DNA of 64,000 nucleotides from an uncultured Acidimicrobiaceae bacterium (GTDB taxonomy: Bacteria; Actinomycetota; Acidimicrobiia; Acidimicrobiales; RAAP-2), in contig CAWDCE010000022.1 in NCBI GenBank assembly GCA_963800725.1, forward strand, positions 118,575-182,574, read 5' to 3'. Shown in pieces: positions 60,810-64,000 of this stretch. Position 1 is the stretch's first letter; each line of letters begins with the position of its first letter. A program made the translations under genes and the position numbers. The notes beneath the pieces were generated by a model. The model did not search any database and was not told the DNA's origin. It was given only the letters and a program-made list of their open reading frames with translations.

Positions 60810-62483
60810 CTAGCGCAGGGCCGAGTCGTCGAGCGTCACGCCCCGGCCGCTGCACACGGCGCACTCGCTGGACAGCGTCTCTAAGAGGCCCTCTGAGATG
60901 CGCTTACGCGTCATCTCGACCAGTCCGAGTTCTGATATGTCGAAGATCTGGGTCCGGGTCTTGTCCCGGGCCAAGGCGTTGCGCAGGGCGGCGGCCACCT
61001 TTTCGCGATTTTCCTTGATCTCCATATCGATGAAGTCAATGACGATGATCCCGCCGATGTCACGCAATCGCAGCTGGCGGGCGACCTCTTCGGCCGCCTC
61101 GAGGTTGTTGCGATAGACGGTCTCTTCGAGGTTGGTCTTGCCGACGTTCTTGCCCGTGTTGACGTCGATCACGGTCAGTGCTTCGGTCCGCTCGATGATG
61201 AGCGAACCACCAGAGGGCAGCCAGACCTTTCGATCGAGCGCCTTATGGAGCTGCTCGTGGACGTGGTAGCGCTCGAAGATGGGCAGTCCCTCGACGGCCT
61301 CGTCGTAGAACTCGACCCGGTCGGAGAGTTCTGGGCTGACCGCCTGGACGTAGTCGCGCACCTGCTCGAAGAGGGCCCGGTCATCGATCACCACGCCGCG
61401 GTACTCCGCGTTGAGCTCTTCTCGCAGAATCCGCACCGAAAGTTCGGGCTCGCGGTAAAGGAGGCCGGGGGCGTCGGACTTCTTCGATGCCGCCTCGATG
61501 CTCTCCCACTGCTCGAGCAAGGTCGTGATGTCGCGGCGCAGCTCGTCGGCGGAGGCCCCTTCGGCTGCGGTGCGCACGATCAGCCCATGTCCGGCCGGCT
61601 TGACCTCGTCGATGATCTTGCGGAGGCGACGCCGTTCGTTGTCCCCGAGTCGCTTCGAGATGCCAAACGCACTGCTGTTGGGCACCAGGACCGCGAATCG
61701 ACCCGGCAGTGACACCTCTTGGGTCAGGCGGGCGCCCTTGGCCCCAATGGGGTTCTTGGTCACCTGGCACAAGATGGTCTGCCCGGCTTTGAGGACGTCT
61801 TCAATCCTGGGCTGGGCGCCTTTGGAGCTCCCGCCCTCGATATCATCGCGGTCATAGCGGACGTCGCCGCGATAGAGGACGGCGTTCTTCGGGATCCCAA
61901 TGTCGATGAAGGCCGCCTCCATGCCCGGCAGGACGTTTTGGACCCGGCCCCGGTACACGTTGCCGTCGATCTGATTGGTGTCATCGGCGGCACGCGACAC
62001 GTAGTGCTCGACGAGGGACCGGCCCTCGAGCATGGCGATCTGGGTCATGGCCGGCTGGACGTGAACACAGACCAGGTACCGTCCGACCTGCTTGCCCTTG
62101 GAGCGCTCGCGCCCGCTGCGCCGCCGGCTCCGTGACCGGCGGCCCCCACCCGCGCCCTCGGCGTCCCCACTCGGCGACGGGGCGGCCGCACCGTTGTGGG
62201 TGACGACCGGCGCCGGGGCGGGCGTCGCAACCGGCAGCGGCGCCGCAGTCGCCGCTGTTTGCGGCCTCTTCGGTGCGTCGGGAACGACCGCCGGGGGGCG
62301 CTCTGCCCCGATGACCGGAGCGTCGCGCAGCGGGGGGACGGCCGGAGCCGGCCGGGTATCGCCAATGCGAGGTTTGCGGGACTCTGGGGGCGAGGTGACC
62401 TGGGGTTCTTTAGGGGATCCGGCGCCACCGGTGGATTCGGTGGCAGGACCCTCTTGGGTCTGGCTGATGTCGGAATCGGACAT
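60810..62483 (-). CDS. ribonuclease E/G family endoribonuclease with a disordered Pro/Arg-rich N-terminal extension
   Basis: S1 domain (GNVYRGRVQNVLPGMEAAFIDIG), catalytic DIGGIIVIDFIDM, and Zn-link CAVCSGRG. Intact 557 aa. Confidence 0.85.
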   Translation of the reverse strand: MSDSDISQTQEGPATESTGGAGSPKEPQVTSPPESRKPRIGDTRPAPAVPPLRDAPVIGAERPPAVVPDAPKRPQTAATAAPLPVATPAPAPVVTHNGAAAPSPSGDAEGAGGGRRSRSRRRSGRERSKGKQVGRYLVCVHVQPAMTQIAMLEGRSLVEHYVSRAADDTNQIDGNVYRGRVQNVLPGMEAAFIDIGIPKNAVLYRGDVRYDRDDIEGGSSKGAQPRIEDVLKAGQTILCQVTKNPIGAKGARLTQEVSLPGRFAVLVPNSSAFGISKRLGDNERRRLRKIIDEVKPAGHGLIVRTAAEGASADELRRDITTLLEQWESIEAASKKSDAPGLLYREPELSVRILREELNAEYRGVVIDDRALFEQVRDYVQAVSPELSDRVEFYDEAVEGLPIFERYHVHEQLHKALDRKVWLPSGGSLIIERTEALTVIDVNTGKNVGKTNLEETVYRNNLEAAEEVARQLRLRDIGGIIVIDFIDMEIKENREKVAAALRNALARDKTRTQIFDISELGLVEMTRKRISEGLLETLSSECAVCSGRGVTLDDSALR

Positions 62484-62507
62484 GAGGGAATGCCCTCCTT
62501 GCGTCGT

Positions 62508-63272
62508 TCATGAGGCACGCCCTGGGGCGTGTTCCACGGCGGGGCCGGTTCCGAGCCCGCTCAGTGTGAGCGGCTCGAACCGGGCACCGTCGCGCTCGAT
62601 CCATTGATGCGTTCTACAAGCACGCGTGAGCACCACATCGGTGCCGAACGCGGTAATCAGGTCACTGGGCCGGACGCTGCGCGGGTGCGTAGCCAGTTCG
62701 GCCCGAAAGCGACCAATTGGGGTTTTCTCCTGGTCAAGACCGTCGCGTTCCATCGGGGACAGCGACAAGATGGCTGGGCGGATGTCATCTTGGATCTCAC
62801 GACCCTTGCGCTCTCGCTGGACGGTCAGGCTAGGAGCAGCGAGCGCTCGCCCGATCCGCTCCTCCAGTTCCTCACCGATCACTCCGAGCACCTCCAGCTC
62901 CCAAGTACACGATGCTACCTCTTGTTGCAGAGACCCCTCCGCCATGGTGATCGGGGCGACCGCCTCGACGTCGATTCCCTTAGGCAAGAGGCCACTGAGC
63001 AGTTCGGGCAGCTCATCGATGGTCGGATCACCGGGCCGGGGGGGTTCGAGGCGGGCGTCGAGGTACTCGCCGAGCGATTCAGCGCCAGTTGGCAGCGCCA
63101 GTCCGAAGCTCAAGAGCGGATGGGGCGAAAAACCCTGGGACATGGCGATCTTGAGGCGACTGCGTCGTAGGGCCCGCTCCCACATGCGGGCCACGTCGCG
63201 GTGGCTGGTGAAGCGGATCTTGCCCTGCTTGGTGAAGCGGACCCGGATCCGGCGAGGCTCGATGTCGTCCAT
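62508..63272 (-). CDS. TIGR03936/DUF2344 family radical-SAM-associated protein
   Basis: IRVRFTKQGKIRFTSHRDVARMWERALRRSRLKIAMSQGFSPHPLLSFGLALPTGAES. Its ATG directly abuts the stop of the upstream radical SAM gene. Confidence 0.8.
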   Translation of the reverse strand: MDDIEPRRIRVRFTKQGKIRFTSHRDVARMWERALRRSRLKIAMSQGFSPHPLLSFGLALPTGAESLGEYLDARLEPPRPGDPTIDELPELLSGLLPKGIDVEAVAPITMAEGSLQQEVASCTWELEVLGVIGEELEERIGRALAAPSLTVQRERKGREIQDDIRPAILSLSPMERDGLDQEKTPIGRFRAELATHPRSVRPSDLITAFGTDVVLTRACRTHQWIERDGARFEPLTLSGLGTGPAVEHAPGRAS

Positions 63273-64000
63273 CTAGGTGGCCCGGGCGGCCGAGCTCACC
63301 AGGCGCACCGGGATCCGACCACCGCTGGCCAGGTCCTGGCCGGTACCTTGGCTCCCCCCGGCTGGTGGGACCGCCGAGGCGACCACGTGCTCGAGGCCGT
63401 ATTCGGTGCAGGCGCCGCAGTCGTAGCACGGGGTCCAGCGACAATCCTCGACCCCGGCCTCGGCCAGCGCGTCCTGCCAGTCGGTCCACAAAAAGTCGCG
63501 GTGCAGGCCCGCCGAGATGTGATCCCACGGCAATGGCTCGTGCTCGTCGCGGTCGCGGTAGGCCACCTCGTCGAGGCTCAGCCCCTCTTGGGCCAGTGCG
63601 TCCTTCCACAAACCAAGGTCGAACCGCTCGGACCATTCTTGGAATGTGCCCCCGGCCCGCCACACCCGCTCGATCACTGCCCCCATCCTTCGATCGCCGC
63701 GGCTCATCGCCCCTTCGGCGGCCGAGGCCTCGGGATCGTGCCAGCGGATGGTGAGCCCCCTGGTGGGGCGCGCCGCCTCGCGCAAGAAATTGACCTTGCG
63801 CTGGAGTTCTTCGACGGTGTCTTGGCCGAACCACTGGAAGGGCGTGTGGGGTTTGGGCACGAAACCGCCCACCGAGGCGGTGACGGTCACAGACTTTTGG
63901 TGGCGCCGCCCGATCTCGACGCAGTGGGCGCCCAGATCCGCGATGCCGAGGACGTCTTCGTCGCGTTCGGTCGGGAGCCCGATGAGGAAATAGAGCTTGA
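63273..64000 (-). CDS. TIGR03960-type B12-binding-domain radical SAM protein, C-terminal part (continues beyond the right edge)
   Basis: Open minus-strand frame to the window edge: ...LYFLIGLPTERDEDVLGIADL...TASVGGFVPKPHTPFQWF...GLTIRWHDPEAS...RWTPCYDCGAC. Confidence 0.8.
   Translation of the reverse strand, partial: KLYFLIGLPTERDEDVLGIADLGAHCVEIGRRHQKSVTVTASVGGFVPKPHTPFQWFGQDTVEELQRKVNFLREAARPTRGLTIRWHDPEASAAEGAMSRGDRRMGAVIERVWRAGGTFQEWSERFDLGLWKDALAQEGLSLDEVAYRDRDEHEPLPWDHISAGLHRDFLWTDWQDALAEAGVEDCRWTPCYDCGACTEYGLEHVVASAVPPAGGSQGTGQDLASGGRIPVRLVSSAARAT

Overview
GC-rich, actinobacterium-like chromosomal core. The gene order follows the Mycobacterium/Streptomyces backbone: miaA-miaB, ftsK, rnj-dapA, dapB-pepR-pnp-rpsO-ribF-truB-rbfA-infB-ylxR-nusA-rimP-proS-ispG-rseP-dxr-cdsA-frr-pyrH-tsf-rpsB-xerC, rsfS-nadD, proA-proB-obg, rpmA-rplU-rne. 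I call about 60 protein-coding loci, mostly on the minus strand in tightly packed runs that often overlap start to stop. I saw no tRNA, rRNA, CRISPR array, IS element or prophage. Inserts that are not part of the backbone are: (1) a DUF4389 membrane protein and an anchored hypothetical; (2) a SplB-like radical SAM gene behind a perfect SOS-box palindrome, plus an ArsB/NhaD-type permease; (3) two TetR genes, a di-iron ferritin-like protein and a rhomboid between dapA and dapB; (4) an orphan Tat-exported ABC binding protein followed by an MtrA/MtrB-like pair and a small GerMN lipoprotein; (5) an LLM oxidoreductase and a class II DAHP synthase; (6) a MoxR ATPase, a CoxE-type VWA protein and a histidine phosphatase; (7) a 5-kb block between obg and rpmA holding an amidohydrolase, a DtxR regulator, a copper amine oxidase, a PNP and a VOC protein. 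The most striking property of the sequence is roughly fifty reading-frame breaks, plus two in-frame stops, inside genes that are otherwise clearly recognisable. Many of these genes are essential (infB, nusA, rpsB, dxr, obg, nadD, proA). The breaks are very unevenly distributed and, where I could resolve them, sit in short G/C runs. I read most of them as assembly or base-calling indels, so disrupted genes are given as whole-locus spans rather than fragments. I did not find a convincing new defence or mobile system. The best candidates for under-described biology are listed under findings. Coordinates of small motifs come from manual reading and may be off by 1-2 nt.
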